A DNA stretch of 64,000 nt from Piromyces finnis finn (taxonomy: Eukaryota; Fungi; Neocallimastigomycota). The position numbers and the translations under genes were made by a program. The stretch spans positions 186,001-250,000 of the forward strand of contig MCFH01000005.1 in assembly GCA_002104945.1 (NCBI GenBank), given 5' to 3'. Positions 61,296-64,000 of this stretch are shown here, in pieces. The notes beneath the pieces were generated by a model. It saw only the letters and a list, made by a program, of their open reading frames with translations, did no database searches and was not told the origin of the DNA. How positions within the stretch are numbered: position 1 is the first letter of the stretch; every line of letters starts with the position of its first letter.

Positions 61296-63751
61296 ATGTT
61301 TCATAAAAATACTCAATTAGAAAGCAAATTCAAAGAATTAGAAACTAATGCCTTTTCTATAAATTTTGAAGAAAAGAAGAGTAAAAATGAAATGATGAAT
61401 AATTTAACCTTTATACCTAGAACAAAAAGTTGGTTATTGCAACAATTTAACAATAATATTATATCAAATAATAAAACCCCTGTAAAATCTGTGGAAAAAC
61501 TTAATTTCTCACAAAATATTAATAATAAAACTTTCAATAATAAAGAAATTTTAAAGAAAAAAACATTAAAAAGTAATGAAAATATTACTATAAATGAAAA
61601 CATATTAAAAACTTCAAAAGATTTAGTTAAGTCTAATGAAACCGATGCGACAATTCAAAATATTGGTCAAAAAGATATAACAGAACCTCGTATGATAATA
61701 CTTTCTACTAATGAAGAGTATTTTTCTAAAAGTAATTCGAATGAAACAAATCTTCTAAATTCTACTGATATTTCAATATATCCTAACTTGAGTGTAAGAT
61801 GTGCAAGTGATACAAATCTTAATTTTATTCCAAAAAATAATAAAAATTTAAGTAATAAATTTGGCTCAGTAAAGGATTTAAGTTTAGGGGAGGACTTTGA
61901 ACCGAAAAGTGATATTAAAGACGAAATAAAAGTTGAAAATAAAGTATTTTTAAACAAAGATATTCCTACTTTTCAATCTAAAAATCATCATTCAGTATTA
62001 AACCATATTTCTTCATCACTTGCAATAATTAATGAAAATGAAGAAAGTTTTGAAAATGACAATGCTAATAAATATAGGAAAAATAAACATATTTTAAAAA
62101 CGAGTTCAATTCAAAACTTAAAAATAGAGAATGAAGATAATCCAAAAGATGTTTCATGCCATCTTTCCAACTTATCGGATGATAAATTCTTTTGTAGTTT
62201 CAAAAGTCAACAATTAATTAATTCTAATGAAAAAGTATTTAGACGATGTTATAGTTCTAGTTCAATGAAAACTAGTCATTCTGAGGTTGGTCCTAGTGAC
62301 TTTGAAAAAATTAAACTTTTAGGTCGTGGTGACGTTGGAAAAGTTTATTTAGTGGTAAAAGAATATTATAATTTTATATATATTAAGAATAATATAATTT
62401 TAAAATTTATTTATTAAACCTATTTTATCATATTACTTAAAAATAATAATTATTTTTTATTCATTACTATTTCTCGTTAATTTAAAAAAGAGAAAAAAAG
62501 GTACAGATTCATATTATGCATTAAAAGGTAATATTTTAAAATTTATAAAATTTATTTTTATTTCTATATTAATTATATTATTATTATAATTATTACCATG
62601 CTATTATTTTTTTTTATCTTTAGTGTTATCAAAAAATGAAATGATAAAAAGAAATAAAGTCAAAAGAGCTTTAACTGAACAAGAAATTTTAGCAAGCGCC
62701 AATCACCCATTTATTATAACGTTGTATCATAGTTTTCAAAGTAAAAATAATATATACTTTTGTATGGAATTTTGTGCAGGAGGTGAATTTTTTAGAGCCC
62801 TTCAAACTCATAAAGGTAAGTGCCTTTCAGAGAATGCAGCTAAATTCTATGCTGCGGAAGTCACTTGTGCTTTAGAATATCTTCATTTACTTGGGTATAT
62901 TTATCGTGATCTTAAACCTGAAAATATATTATTACATGCAAGTGGTCATATAATGCTTACAGATTTTGATTTATCAAAACTCTCCTTTTCACCAGGAAAT
63001 CCTACAATTAAAAGAGCATCACATTTTTTCAATAGTGGTTCTCCAAAATCTCAAACTATTATTGATACTAAATCATGCACTGCCAATATTAGAACAAATT
63101 CTTTTGTTGGTACTGAGGAGTATATTGCACCAGAGGTAATTAAAGGTGATGGTCACACCAGTATGGTTGACTGGTGGACCCTAGGTATTTTAATTTACGA
63201 GATGATCTATAGTACAACTCCTTTTAAAGGAATTACTCGTAATGAAACTTTTAATAATATTCTTAATAAAGATGTTCAATTTCCTGAAACTAACCGGTAC
63301 TCTAAAATTTCTAGTCATGCAAAAAATCTCATGAAAAAATTATTGATTAAAGATGAATATAAACGACTTGGTGTAAAATCAGGTGCCTCAGATATTAAAT
63401 CACATAGTTTTTTTAAAGGTATTAATTGGGCACTTTTACGTAATATTAAACCACCAATTATTCCAAATATAAAAACATCATTTGATACTAGTAATTTCCG
63501 TAATATTACTGAAAATATTTCCTTTGATATAGAAAATGATAAATCATTAAGTGAAACGACTTTTGATGATCCATTTAAAGATTTTAATTCAGGTAAATAT
63601 TTTTATAAATAATACTCTTGTTAATATATAATTATTTAACCTAAATCCATGTTATTAATTAAATTATTATTTATTTTTATTTTTCTTTAAAAAAAATATA
63701 TAACTTTTTATTACATAATTTTTAGTTACTCTTCATTATGATAATAATTAA
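61296..63751 (+). CDS. AGC-family Ser/Thr kinase of the nrc-2/Fpk1/Kin82 (flippase kinase) type (multi-exon)
   Basis: [90 protein letters not shown]; last exon [11 protein letters not shown] after intron 63593-63725. Confidence 0.92.
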
Positions 63752-63784
63752 AAAAAAAAATAAAAAAAAATAAATAGAGTATCA

Positions 63785-63905
63785 GATGAATTAACTTAGA
63801 GTTTTTATTGAATATAAATATACCTATTGAGAAATAACAAAAATAGATGAAATAACTTTACAGTTTTTATTGAATATAAATATACCTATTGAGAAATAAC
63901 AACAA
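63785..63905 (+). repeat. Imperfect tandem duplication of about 60 bp downstream of the kinase
   Basis: AGATGAA.TAACTT...AGTTTTTATTGAATATAAATATACCTATTGAGAAATAACAA occurs twice. Confidence 0.85.
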
Positions 63906-64000
63906 TCAATATTATTTATTAAAAATGCTAGTCATTTTATTATAGTAGTCATTACTCAACATATAAAATAAATATAATAATAATATTATTAATATTATTA

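Overview
Eukaryotic, extremely AT-rich, intron-dense genomic DNA. The composition, flagellar genes (CFAP206, OSCP1), a bacterial-type GH26 mannanase and beta-helix/EGF 7TM receptors point to an anaerobic gut fungus (Neocallimastigomycota); this is inference. Genes, left to right: TOK1-type K+ channel (+); two tandem large 7TM receptors with GGAI-repeat beta-helix and EGF ectodomains (-); UBC6 (-); CFAP206 (+); neurochondrin-like (-); RECQL4-type helicase (+); divergent ADP/ATP-carrier paralog (-); F-box-like/ankyrin protein (-); CBM35-GH26 mannanase with a probable GPI-signal exon (+); insulysin/STE23-like M16 peptidase with a ~500-aa insertion (+); OSCP1 (+); a secreted protein with two 6-Cys domains flanking 95 nine-residue repeats (+); a nested non-LTR retrotransposon cluster (53.1-59.7 kb); and an nrc-2/Fpk1-type AGC kinase (+). 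The most novel-looking signals are in the retroelement cluster: a single ORF with an RRM-like domain fused to APE-RT-CCHC, about 170 nt of contiguous hairpins upstream, a conserved 3' stem-loop, and a TSD-flanked polyadenylated insertion with apparent 3' transduction into a fragment of the same family. Also notable are the dumbbell repeat protein and a conserved Cys/His motif in the receptor tails. Exon boundaries were read by eye and are approximate; no database searches were run.
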